DNA of 64,000 nucleotides from NCBI GenBank assembly GCA_964386565.1, contig CAYLRU010000007.1:39504-103503 (forward strand), read 5' to 3'. The position numbers and the translations under genes are program-made. The stretch comes from an uncultured Desulfobacteraceae bacterium. GTDB taxonomy: Bacteria > Desulfobacterota > Desulfobacteria > Desulfobacterales > UBA5616. Within the stretch, counting starts at the first letter, position 1. Each line of letters starts with the position of its first letter. Shown one piece after another: positions 18,341-27,265 of the stretch. A model generated the notes under the pieces. The model did no database searches, was not told where the DNA came from, and was given only the letters and a program-made list of their open reading frames with translations.

Positions 18341-18744
18341 TATGCATATCCTTTCAGGATTTTTTTTGTTTTATCAATCTGCTGAACCTTTAACACCAGA
18401 TATGTTTTGTCATTATCGCCATGAACGGATGCATAAATATAGTCGATATTTATGCCATTTTCCGCAAGAATGGCCGCCACATTCCCTGTTGCACCGGGAA
18501 CATTTCGAATGGTAACCAGAAAAACATCGGCTTCAATAACCCGAAACCCGGCGTTTTTTAACGCCTGAAGGGTTTTACTGCCTTTTTCCGGCACGATCCT
18601 TAATACCGCTTCTTCCACGGTATCGATAGCACAAATGGCGTACAAGTTGATGGACTGATCTGAAATCAACCGGCAAAGCTCCGCCAGGGCGCCCACTCGA
18701 TTCTCCAGAAATACTGAATATTGTTTACATAGTTTGTATTCCAT
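18340..18744 (-). CDS. ACT domain-containing protein (two ACT repeats)
   Basis: Repeats FLENRVGALAELCRLISDQSINL and RNVPGATGNVAAILAENGINI. It is tightly coupled to both neighbours (TGAATG and TAATG junctions). Confidence 0.75.
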   Translation of the reverse strand: MEYKLCKQYSVFLENRVGALAELCRLISDQSINLYAICAIDTVEEAVLRIVPEKGSKTLQALKNAGFRVIEADVFLVTIRNVPGATGNVAAILAENGINIDYIYASVHGDNDKTYLVLKVQQIDKTKKILKGYA

Positions 18745-20064
18745 TCATTTTTCTCCTTTTCCGCATTCCAGGGTCCTTAACATAACTTCCGCATGTCTGC
18801 GTGCCGCGCCCTGGTTTTCCAGCACCGAGGCTCTGACTCTCTTTCCGGCTTCTTCCCTTTTTTCCGCATTCATCAGGTAGAAAATGGCTCTTTGCGCCAA
18901 CTCTTCCCCGTTTCTTACCACAAATGCATCTCCCACGACGGTTTCAATCAGATCCCTGGCCTCCTGGAAATCTTCCATGAAAGGACCGTAAAATACAGGT
19001 TTACCCCACACGGCCGCCTCAAGAATATTTTGACCGCCAAGCGGCACCAGGCTCCCGCCGCAAAAGGCGACGCTCGACACCCCGTATACCGCGGCCAGTT
19101 CACCGATGGTGTCCATGATGATGACCCTTGCGGTTCGTCGCGAATGGGAACCGTCCAGTGCGGATCGCAATTGATGGTCAAATCCCCTTGATACCGCCAG
19201 TCGGGATACGGATGCCGCCCGTTCTATATGCCTGGGCGCTATAAAAAGCAGGGCTTCCGGAACTTTTTCAATGATCTTTTCATACGCATCAAAAACGGCT
19301 GTTTCCTCATTTTGTCGCGTACTGCCGGCCACGAAGATAATTTCTTCACCTGTCAGGGAATATGTTTTTCGAATGGCATCAAGATTCGTACGAAAATGGT
19401 TTCGGATAAGGCTATCATATTTTGCATTGCCGATTACGCAGACTCTTTCTTTTGGCGCTCCCATCAACAGGATCCGCCGGGCATCCTGTTCGTGGATCAT
19501 ACTGAAGGATTCCACGTTCTTCAACACTTCCCGGGTTAAGGGAACGATTTTTTCATATTTTTTAAAGGAACGACCGGAAATCCGTCCGTTTGCCAAAACC
19601 GTTTTAATTCCCATCCGGTTTGCCTCAAAGAACAAATTGGGCCATATTTCCGTTTCAATACAAGCCAGCATATCCGGCCTGATAAATGCCAGGGCCTTTC
19701 TCACCGCAAATACGGAATCAATGGGAGCATAAATTAAGGAGATCGAAGGCGGCAGCCTGTCTTTGGCAATTGCCTGTCCGGTCTCGGTTGTTGTTGAAAC
19801 GAACAAAGAAGAACCCGGAGAGATCCGACGGATTTCCTCGGCAATCACCGCAGCAACACTGACTTCCCCGACCGAGGCAGCATGCATCCATATCCTGGGA
19901 CTTTTTTTTGTACTGTCCGGACTTTTTACATGATAAAACCCCAGCCGCTGGTCTATACTTTCTTTATATCGGCCGGTTAAAAACGAATACAATTTTAAGA
20001 ACGGGAGTCCCAGCAGGAACAAAAATGTCGTCGCCTGACGATAAATATGGTACATAAGGCTCAT
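18745..20064 (-). CDS. waaA: 3-deoxy-D-manno-octulosonic acid (Kdo) transferase
   Basis: Hallmark block IWMHAASVGEV, with the GT30 domain layout and a matching length. Confidence 0.9.
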   Translation of the reverse strand: MSLMYHIYRQATTFLFLLGLPFLKLYSFLTGRYKESIDQRLGFYHVKSPDSTKKSPRIWMHAASVGEVSVAAVIAEEIRRISPGSSLFVSTTTETGQAIAKDRLPPSISLIYAPIDSVFAVRKALAFIRPDMLACIETEIWPNLFFEANRMGIKTVLANGRISGRSFKKYEKIVPLTREVLKNVESFSMIHEQDARRILLMGAPKERVCVIGNAKYDSLIRNHFRTNLDAIRKTYSLTGEEIIFVAGSTRQNEETAVFDAYEKIIEKVPEALLFIAPRHIERAASVSRLAVSRGFDHQLRSALDGSHSRRTARVIIMDTIGELAAVYGVSSVAFCGGSLVPLGGQNILEAAVWGKPVFYGPFMEDFQEARDLIETVVGDAFVVRNGEELAQRAIFYLMNAEKREEAGKRVRASVLENQGAARRHAEVMLRTLECGKGEK

Positions 20065-20109
20065 GATTTCTCGATTTTATTTCTCAAGCACAAAGCCGAC
20101 TATTGCACG

Positions 20110-22041
20110 TCAGTATTCAATCTCTGCGAACCGGTTTCTTATTATCTTAAGCAGGTACAACCGTTTATCAGCCTCTCCGATTTCATTAAATGCCGTAAGA
20201 CCGGTAACACCGTCAAAATAGGGCATTACCGTCAAGGCATCCTTTAATTCCCCTCTAAACGCAAAGTTATTTTCGGCTAAAAGTGTAAATACCATCACGG
20301 CTGAATCATAGGCAACGGCTTCTATAAAACCGGGTTTCTCTTCATAGGCACTTCTGAAAGCCTTGATAAAGGTTCTCACCGGTAAGGTCTTGCTGTTTTC
20401 AAAAAAACCATCCGTCATAATTGCTCCCTGGGCGTAGGAACCGGCCATTCCAATCAATTCATCTGAATGCCAGAGGTTTGTACCACAGAGAATAACGTTT
20501 TCCACATCATAATAAGCCAGCTGGGGAATGATCAATCCTGCTTTTTTGGGAGAATCCGGAAGGAACAGCACGTCGAAATCCACAATGGGTTGGGGTTCTT
20601 CCGTTTCCGGTTGTTCTCCCTCATCACGATCCACCGCCAAAATCACAGACCCATCATCATATTCCCTGTTATCGGAGACGTTGTTTTCATAAGTCTGCAG
20701 CCCTTGTCCCTCTTCACCGGAAGCAATCATGGCGCCGGTGGCCTGGTCCGATGTCAATTTCAGATCTTCAGGAACCTCGTAATAAAGGCCCACCAGTTTT
20801 TTTACCGGCGCCTCAAAATCCGTTTGATCCAATTCGTAAGATTCAACCCCGACAACTTCCCCGCCATGTTTGATGACTTCATCCCAAAAAAGATTCATGA
20901 AGGTAAGCCCGTATTTTTCATTTGGATAAAGAATCGCAAAACGACGGGCGCCCAGTTTATCAACAGCGTACGATACGAGGGTTTTTACCTGCATACTGGA
21001 GGTAATAAAATTCCGAAAAACGTAATCCCCGGTTTCAGGAATGCCGTCCATCTGGGACAATGCGATAATGGGAATCCGGTTTTCCTGGGCAACCGCCGCG
21101 GCTGAATCGGCCGTAGCAATGGGGCCGATAATACATGCGGCTTTTTCCTCAACCAGTTCCAGAACACATTTTTTGGCTACTTCAGGATCCGACCGGGTAT
21201 CTTTGACAATAATTTTATAGTCGATCCCTTCCCGGACGGAGAACCGGTTCAGCGCCAGCTCAATTCCTTTTAATGCCCTGTTGCCGAAAACCTCATATGC
21301 GCCGCTTAACGGCAACATACATCCAATGGTATCGGATCGAAACTGTGCCATCTGGCGTATGGTATTCACCAGCTCGATATCTTTCGGATCTTTCAATCGC
21401 ATGGTCAGCATCCGGATGTCGTCATCGTTCAATATGGAAACGGCGTTCTTGAGCCGGGCCGTGACGGTTTCCCTTTCAGTCGGGGTCATGGCCATACCAT
21501 AAGCAGTGATAAAGGTGTATGCCGCTTCAACAGGCGCGTCCATTGCCATAAACGTATCTCCCGTCAGAATTGAGATCCTCATGATATGGGTTCGGGTGTA
21601 TGATACCTTGGGCAATTGGGCCGATTTTTGGATTAATTCGGGATATTTCCCTTGGTTGAAAAGCATGGCCAGCATCTCAACTCCGGCATCCGGGGCGAAA
21701 ACGGTATGCGGATATTTTTCCAATATCCGGGCGTACGCCTGGTAGGCCGAGGCATAATCATTCCGAAGTTCGTAAATACGCCCCGTCTTCATCAGGGCTG
21801 CGGGTGCCATGGAAGACCGGGGATATTTTTCAAGAAATGACAGGTATTGTACGATGGCTGCGTCATAGTCGCCCTGTTGATACAATTTTTCAGCCTGTGC
21901 AAACAAATCTTCACCCTTATCAACAGGCCTTGGCTTGAGAACGGATCTGGGGCTGCAACCTGAAAACGCCAAAACGAGTACGATAAAAATAACCGGAAAA
22001 ATTTTGAGTCTTGCCGTTAACACCATGTTTTTCTTTTGCAT
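20110..22041 (-). CDS. Lipoprotein with N-terminal TPR/BamD-like repeats and a type-1 periplasmic binding fold (LpoA/LivK-like)
   Basis: Lipobox LAFSGC. TPR region AEKLYQQGDYDAAIVQYLSFLEKYP. A Peripla_BP_6-like domain is interrupted by an acidic insert. Start chosen at ATG 22041. Confidence 0.75.
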   Translation of the reverse strand: MQKKNMVLTARLKIFPVIFIVLVLAFSGCSPRSVLKPRPVDKGEDLFAQAEKLYQQGDYDAAIVQYLSFLEKYPRSSMAPAALMKTGRIYELRNDYASAYQAYARILEKYPHTVFAPDAGVEMLAMLFNQGKYPELIQKSAQLPKVSYTRTHIMRISILTGDTFMAMDAPVEAAYTFITAYGMAMTPTERETVTARLKNAVSILNDDDIRMLTMRLKDPKDIELVNTIRQMAQFRSDTIGCMLPLSGAYEVFGNRALKGIELALNRFSVREGIDYKIIVKDTRSDPEVAKKCVLELVEEKAACIIGPIATADSAAAVAQENRIPIIALSQMDGIPETGDYVFRNFITSSMQVKTLVSYAVDKLGARRFAILYPNEKYGLTFMNLFWDEVIKHGGEVVGVESYELDQTDFEAPVKKLVGLYYEVPEDLKLTSDQATGAMIASGEEGQGLQTYENNVSDNREYDDGSVILAVDRDEGEQPETEEPQPIVDFDVLFLPDSPKKAGLIIPQLAYYDVENVILCGTNLWHSDELIGMAGSYAQGAIMTDGFFENSKTLPVRTFIKAFRSAYEEKPGFIEAVAYDSAVMVFTLLAENNFAFRGELKDALTVMPYFDGVTGLTAFNEIGEADKRLYLLKIIRNRFAEIEY

Positions 22042-22199
22042 CTGTTTAGTTTTTTTCAAAACGGGCTGAACTCTTTCCAACCCTTGTCTTCTCTACTAAA
22101 AATAACCATATGATTCTATTTTTATACAATACACTCGCCACATTTCACAACACCTTTTACCCGGCAGAATTATAAATTCAGGAATCGCTATAAATTTTA

Positions 22200-22228
22200 T
22201 TTACAAAGAACCCGATCCGGTCTAAATT
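22200..22228 (+). promoter_or_regulatory. Putative sigma70-type promoter
   Basis: TTTACA (22200-22205), a 17-nt spacer, then TAAATT (22223-22228), about 50 nt upstream of the 22281 gene. Confidence 0.3.
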
Positions 22229-22280
22229 ATCAAGGCTGGATTTTCTTTCATGTAACCCTAAAAAAAACCGGATATTCAAA

Positions 22281-22574
22281 GTGACGTCCACCAACGAAAA
22301 CGTGTTTGTCAAAATTGCCGTCATCGATAATATTATCGAGGCACAAATGATTAAATCCGTCCTGGATGAGGAAAATATTCCCTATCTGTTGCGATCTTAT
22401 CACGATACGGCTTATGACGGACTGTTTCAATTTCAAAAAGGATATGGAGAAATTTCAGCCCCGAAAAAATTTAAACAGGACATATTGGAAATCATTTCAA
22501 ACATCAAGGCCGCCGGGGAAAAACCTCATCATAATGTTCATAAAGATCTTCCTACGGATGAATCGGATATTTAA
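22281..22574 (+). CDS. Small DUF2007-like (putative signal-transducing) protein
   Basis: GTG start. The pattern VKIAVIDNIIEAQMIKSVLDEENIPY is typical of DUF2007 proteins as I recall them. Confidence 0.5.
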   Translation: MTSTNENVFVKIAVIDNIIEAQMIKSVLDEENIPYLLRSYHDTAYDGLFQFQKGYGEISAPKKFKQDILEIISNIKAAGEKPHHNVHKDLPTDESDI

Positions 22575-22588
22575 AAGGAGGTCCAACC

Positions 22589-23878
22589 ATGTCAAAAACA
22601 ATAGATGACAAAGCTTTTGACCGCGCTCTTGACGTCGGGCGCCCGCCCAACGTGGTTAATCTGTTTCCCAACTCAAAGGCCCTGATCGTCAGCGGCAAGT
22701 TTATAGACCGGGCCATGCTTGCAAAGGGTAAATCCATTTCCATGGCGGCCAACGGACGCAGCTATTTTGTCATTCGCGGCGCACTTCTTGCCGCACAGCG
22801 CGCAAATTCCTGCATTATCATTGAAATTGCAAAATCAGAAGGCGGCGCCAATGCATATTGCGCGGTGAATTACTGGAATATGGCCCGAATCGTTGATGCG
22901 TTGTGCAACGAATTGCATATTACCGTCCCCGTGGCCGTTCATGCCGATCATTACGGCATCAAAAACGAACAGGACATTGAAACCGCCAAGATCGAAATTC
23001 CCTCCATGTTCGATGCCGGCATCACCTCCATCGCCATCGATGCCTCCCACATGCCAGATGATAAAAACCTGCTGGCGAGCATAACGTTGAATCCGTACGT
23101 TCCCGGGTGGGCCGGGCTTGAAACGGAGGTAGGGGAAATCAAGGGCAAAACCGGCCTCTCCACCATTGAAGAAGCGCTGTTTTTAATCCAGGGGCTTAAT
23201 GCCCATGACATCTTCCCCGACTGGATCGCTTTAAACAACGGTACCACCCATGGCATTGAAGCCAGTGACCAGGGAATCCAGGTGGATTTAACCGCTGATA
23301 TTCACAATGCATTAAGCGATTATAAGGTTTCCGGGGCCCAGCACGGGACTTCGGGAAACAGCTCCCAGCGCCTGCGGGAAATCGCCGCCAAAACCCGGAC
23401 CACAAAGGCAAACGTGGCTACGGCCCTCCAGATGGTTTCCTGGGGTCTTGAAGTCAATGATTACGGAAACGCCATTCTTGACGACAGGGGTTTCTTTAAA
23501 AAGGTCAAAAATGAAGGCGTGTCCGAATCCATGTGGGCGGATATGGAGGCGTATGCAAAATCCAATTCCCTTTCGGCAGGGGATTATAAAAAACTGAATA
23601 TTGTATTCGAAAACAAACTGTTAAGCCAACCCATGGCCATCCGGGAACGCATGACCGGACGGATTGAGGATTTTGTTTACAACATGTTGGTGAATGTATT
23701 TAATGCACAGGATACGGCACCGCTGGCCGTCGAGCATATCCTTGACACCGGCTCCCACGATCCCGGCCCGAAGGCCAAAAGAATAGAAGACCCAGACGAA
23801 TGGACACCTGATAAAATCATGGCGCGGGCGGCCCTCATAGACAGTGATAAAGGAGAATCCGGAAATTTTGACGACTAG
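22589..23878 (+). CDS. Class II fructose/ketose-bisphosphate aldolase family protein (long form)
   Basis: AGGAGG RBS. Metal/active-site blocks VAVHADHYG, IDASH and NNGTTHG. Confidence 0.8.
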   Translation: MSKTIDDKAFDRALDVGRPPNVVNLFPNSKALIVSGKFIDRAMLAKGKSISMAANGRSYFVIRGALLAAQRANSCIIIEIAKSEGGANAYCAVNYWNMARIVDALCNELHITVPVAVHADHYGIKNEQDIETAKIEIPSMFDAGITSIAIDASHMPDDKNLLASITLNPYVPGWAGLETEVGEIKGKTGLSTIEEALFLIQGLNAHDIFPDWIALNNGTTHGIEASDQGIQVDLTADIHNALSDYKVSGAQHGTSGNSSQRLREIAAKTRTTKANVATALQMVSWGLEVNDYGNAILDDRGFFKKVKNEGVSESMWADMEAYAKSNSLSAGDYKKLNIVFENKLLSQPMAIRERMTGRIEDFVYNMLVNVFNAQDTAPLAVEHILDTGSHDPGPKAKRIEDPDEWTPDKIMARAALIDSDKGESGNFDD

Positions 23879-24392
23879 CATTCTGCCGTATTTACGACCC
23901 ATATCATATTGCCATTTTTGCGGAAAACGCCTGATCCAGAAAACCGTTGAAGGGTATGAACGCCTGTTTTGTACACAGTGCGACATACCGATTTATCAAA
24001 ATCCCGTGCCAGCCACATGCATCGTGGTTGTGAATGATGATGAAAAACTGCTACTGGTGAAAAGAAGCGTCGAGCCCAAGGTGGGGCACTGGTGCCTGCC
24101 GGGTGGTTTTGTGGAATTAGGGGAATATCCGGATGAATCCGCGCTGAGAGAACTGAAAGAGGAAACCGGGTTGTCGGGAAGGGTGGAAAAGCTCCTGGGC
24201 GTATCCACCAATCCCAGTATCCAATACGATACCATCCTCATGATCGCCTACCTGGTCAGGTGCTTCTCCGGAACGCCCGTTGCCGGAGACGATGCATCCG
24301 ATGTCCGGTGGTTCGGCATGGACAAGCTGCCTGAAATTGCTTTTGACAGTCACCAACGATTTATCCGGAAATATCTGAAAATGAAGACCTGA
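23844..24392 (+). CDS. NUDIX hydrolase with N-terminal zinc ribbon
   Basis: Zinc ribbon CHFCGKRL...CTQCD. NUDIX box GGFVELGEYPDESALRELKEETGL. The start may instead be TTG 23868, after the GGAG at 23852. Confidence 0.85.
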   Translation: MIKENPEILTTSILPYLRPISYCHFCGKRLIQKTVEGYERLFCTQCDIPIYQNPVPATCIVVVNDDEKLLLVKRSVEPKVGHWCLPGGFVELGEYPDESALRELKEETGLSGRVEKLLGVSTNPSIQYDTILMIAYLVRCFSGTPVAGDDASDVRWFGMDKLPEIAFDSHQRFIRKYLKMKT

Positions 24393-24415
24393 ACGGGAGT
24401 TGGATATATTTCTTA

Positions 24416-25210
24416 TCAACCAAGTTTCTTTTTGGCTTGTTCCCACAGGCGCTCCAGTTCAGTTCGGGGTACGGTATCGAATCGGAGCCCCTGTTCACGA
24501 AGCATTTGTTCCATAAACCGAAATCGTTTTTCAAACTTTTTTGTTGAGGCGGACAAAGCGGTCTCCGGGTGGATACGGGCAAAACGGGCTACATTCACCA
24601 GGGTGAACAAAATATCCCCGAACTCCACCAACAGCCTGTTTTTATCGGACTTTTGTCTTTCTCTCCCTGCCAGTTCAAATTTAAATTCCGACCATTCCTC
24701 CTCGGTCTTGGCGATCACGCCGTCGATGTCATCCCAGTCAAATCCGTTACCAGCGGCCCGATCAGAAACACGATAGGCCCTCATCAACGCAGGAAGTTTA
24801 CGGGGGATAGAATCAAGAACGGATTTTCTTTCGCCATCTGAATTCTCCCGCACCTTGATTTTCTGCCATTGCACTTTAACCTGTTGTGCATTCTCGACTG
24901 ATTTGTCTCCAAAAACATGGGGATGGCGATTTATCATTTTTTTAAGGTTTTTTTCAACTACATCTGCTAAATTAAACCGCCCTGCCCCTTCATAAATGGA
25001 GACAATAAACAGAATCTGAAACAGGACATCCCCCAATTCCTCACAAATATCCCCGACAGATCCGGATTCAATGGCATCCACCAACTCATATACCTCTTCC
25101 ACGAGATAAACAGCCATGCTTTGGGGGGTTTGTTTCCTGTCCCAGGGGCAACCCTTGTCCCCTCTAAGGGTTTGTATCAATTGGATCAGTGTGGGTATTT
25201 CAGAGATCAT
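24416..25210 (-). CDS. mazG: Nucleoside triphosphate pyrophosphohydrolase MazG
   Basis: Blocks GCPWDRKQT, EEVYELVDAIE, ELGDVLFQ and HPHVFGD, with a second MazG repeat. Confidence 0.9.
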   Translation of the reverse strand: MISEIPTLIQLIQTLRGDKGCPWDRKQTPQSMAVYLVEEVYELVDAIESGSVGDICEELGDVLFQILFIVSIYEGAGRFNLADVVEKNLKKMINRHPHVFGDKSVENAQQVKVQWQKIKVRENSDGERKSVLDSIPRKLPALMRAYRVSDRAAGNGFDWDDIDGVIAKTEEEWSEFKFELAGRERQKSDKNRLLVEFGDILFTLVNVARFARIHPETALSASTKKFEKRFRFMEQMLREQGLRFDTVPRTELERLWEQAKKKLG

Positions 25211-25218
25211 ACAATGGA

Positions 25219-25743
25219 TTATGCGGTTTTCCAGGCCTTTTTTAATTCTTTAAACTTATCCGTAAATTCTTTTTTCATGTCATCAGGCACGATCAATACG
25301 ATCTTTTCAGAAATCATCATCACGTGCGGGGTCAAAAGAGAGTCCCGGATAACCGAAGCACCCTTGGGAAGGAAGGTGGTCAACATGAAAATGATGACGG
25401 ACACGATAAGTATCCCCTTTATAAAACCGAATCCGGCGCCGCATATTCGATCAAACCATCCCAGGTGAGCGATTTTTAAAACATATTTGATCAACACGCC
25501 CAACGCCCCCACAAGGATCAGGACAAGACAGAATATGACCAAAAATCCCAGAATGCTGCAATAACCCGGGTCGGATATCCATCGCGAGAGCAACCCGCTG
25601 ATATCTGAATAATAAGTATAAGCCCCGTAAAGCCCGGCTGCAACGCCGACAATGGACGCCAGTTCCTTGACAATTCCCCGGAAAATGCCACGTATCAGGC
25701 AAAAGCCGAGTATCACAATTATAACGATATCCAGTGGGTTCAT
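25219..25743 (-). CDS. cvpA: CvpA family membrane protein
   Basis: The N-terminus MNPLDIVIIVILGFCLIRGIFRGIVKEL is typical of the family, and the protein has four TM segments. Confidence 0.85.
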   Translation of the reverse strand: MNPLDIVIIVILGFCLIRGIFRGIVKELASIVGVAAGLYGAYTYYSDISGLLSRWISDPGYCSILGFLVIFCLVLILVGALGVLIKYVLKIAHLGWFDRICGAGFGFIKGILIVSVIIFMLTTFLPKGASVIRDSLLTPHVMMISEKIVLIVPDDMKKEFTDKFKELKKAWKTA

Positions 25744-26137
25744 AGTTCACTCTCATGAGGTAAGATCAACGAAAATATGCGTCTTCAGCGGCCTCGTTAT
25801 TCCAAGGGTATTCAGGATACGCCCGCAAACAGGCCAACGGATTATTCATGCCATAATCAAATAACGTTAGCAAAACAGAACGGTCTTCGTCAAGGTGTTT
25901 TTCCTCCTGTAATATGCCCGGTGAAGATTCCGGGAAGCCACATTGCACGAAATTACAGAGAATCACGGGCATATCGACGGGCTCGCGCCTGTTGCCCGCT
26001 CATTTGTTGTTTGATTTCCTTTTTCGAGGTATGATATAGGTTAAATCCTTCCAAACGGAAGGAATTGCCGCACATTAAAAAGGGGGAGATCCCCGGTATG
26101 CGGCGATATGGTTCATATGACCTGAATAAAGGATTCC

Positions 26138-27127
26138 ATGATAGAAAGTTTTGAAAACAAAAACAACCCATTAAGTTTTTCAAACAATGAGCTGGCCAGA
26201 CAGCTCTTTGGGGAACACAATCACCACCTGCAAATCATCTCCAAGGCGACAGGCGTCAATATTCATGCAAGGGGGAATACGGTATTCATAGAGGGCGATA
26301 CCACGGGGACGGAGCTGGCGGAAAACGTACTGCACCAGCTTTACGGCCTGTTGAAAGAAAAATATCCCATTTACCCCCCGGATGTCGACCACGCTGTCAG
26401 AATAATCAGTGCGGACTCTCGTGCAAAGCTGAAAGATATTTTTCTGGACACGGTTTTCATTACAGCAAAAAAACGCCATATTACACCGAAAAGCCGTTCC
26501 CAAAAAGAATATATAGACGCCATCCGGACCCATGACATGGTTTTCGGTATCGGCCCTGCAGGGACCGGGAAAACATATCTGGCCATGGCAATGGCGGTGG
26601 AGGCTTTGACAAAATCAAAAGCCAGCCGAATCATTCTCACCCGCCCGGCCGTGGAAGCGGGAGAAGCCCTCGGGTTTTTGCCCGGGGACCTTGCGGAAAA
26701 AGTTGACCCTTATCTCAGGCCCTTATATGATGCGCTTCATGACATGATGCGATTTGAGAAAATATCCAATTTGATGCAGCAAGGTGTCATAGAGGTCGCA
26801 CCGCTGGCCTTCATGCGGGGGAGAACTTTAAACGATGCCTTCATTATTCTGGATGAAGCGCAAAACACGACTTCGGAACAGATGAAGATGTTTCTGACCC
26901 GGATTGGTTTTTCATCCAAGGCCGTCATTACCGGGGATATCACCCAGACTGATCTTCCCAGTGGAAAGCCGTCGGGATTGATCGAAGCAACAAATATCTT
27001 GCAGGATATAGACGGCATCAAGTTTATCTTCTTTTCAAAAATCGATGTCGTGCGACATAAACTGGTTCAAAAAATTATCAACGCCTATGAGGAACTTGAG
27101 GCTAGACGAAAACAACCAAGCTTATAA
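26138..27127 (+). CDS. phoH: PhoH-family ATPase
   Basis: Walker A GPAGTGKTYLAMA. Also ILTRPAVEAGE..GFLPGD and ILDEAQN. Confidence 0.9.
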   Translation: MIESFENKNNPLSFSNNELARQLFGEHNHHLQIISKATGVNIHARGNTVFIEGDTTGTELAENVLHQLYGLLKEKYPIYPPDVDHAVRIISADSRAKLKDIFLDTVFITAKKRHITPKSRSQKEYIDAIRTHDMVFGIGPAGTGKTYLAMAMAVEALTKSKASRIILTRPAVEAGEALGFLPGDLAEKVDPYLRPLYDALHDMMRFEKISNLMQQGVIEVAPLAFMRGRTLNDAFIILDEAQNTTSEQMKMFLTRIGFSSKAVITGDITQTDLPSGKPSGLIEATNILQDIDGIKFIFFSKIDVVRHKLVQKIINAYEELEARRKQPSL

Positions 27128-27265
27128 ACATTCGAGTTCAGGAAACTCCCAGATTTGACCGAAAAGATCATTCTCACCGGTATTTTCCTCGATTTTTGTT
27201 ATCGGCATTCCGAAAAAACAGCGATATATCGGTGGAGTTGAACTTTTCATATTGAACAAAATCCA

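Noticed and set aside
25766-25972. 68-aa minus-strand ORF upstream of cvpA, and a nearby hairpin (GCCGCA...GGGGAGATCCCC...TGCGGC, about 26067-26105) upstream of phoH
   Set aside because: The ORF has no clear RBS or recognisable family. The hairpin is short, and there is no supporting evidence for a riboswitch or sRNA.
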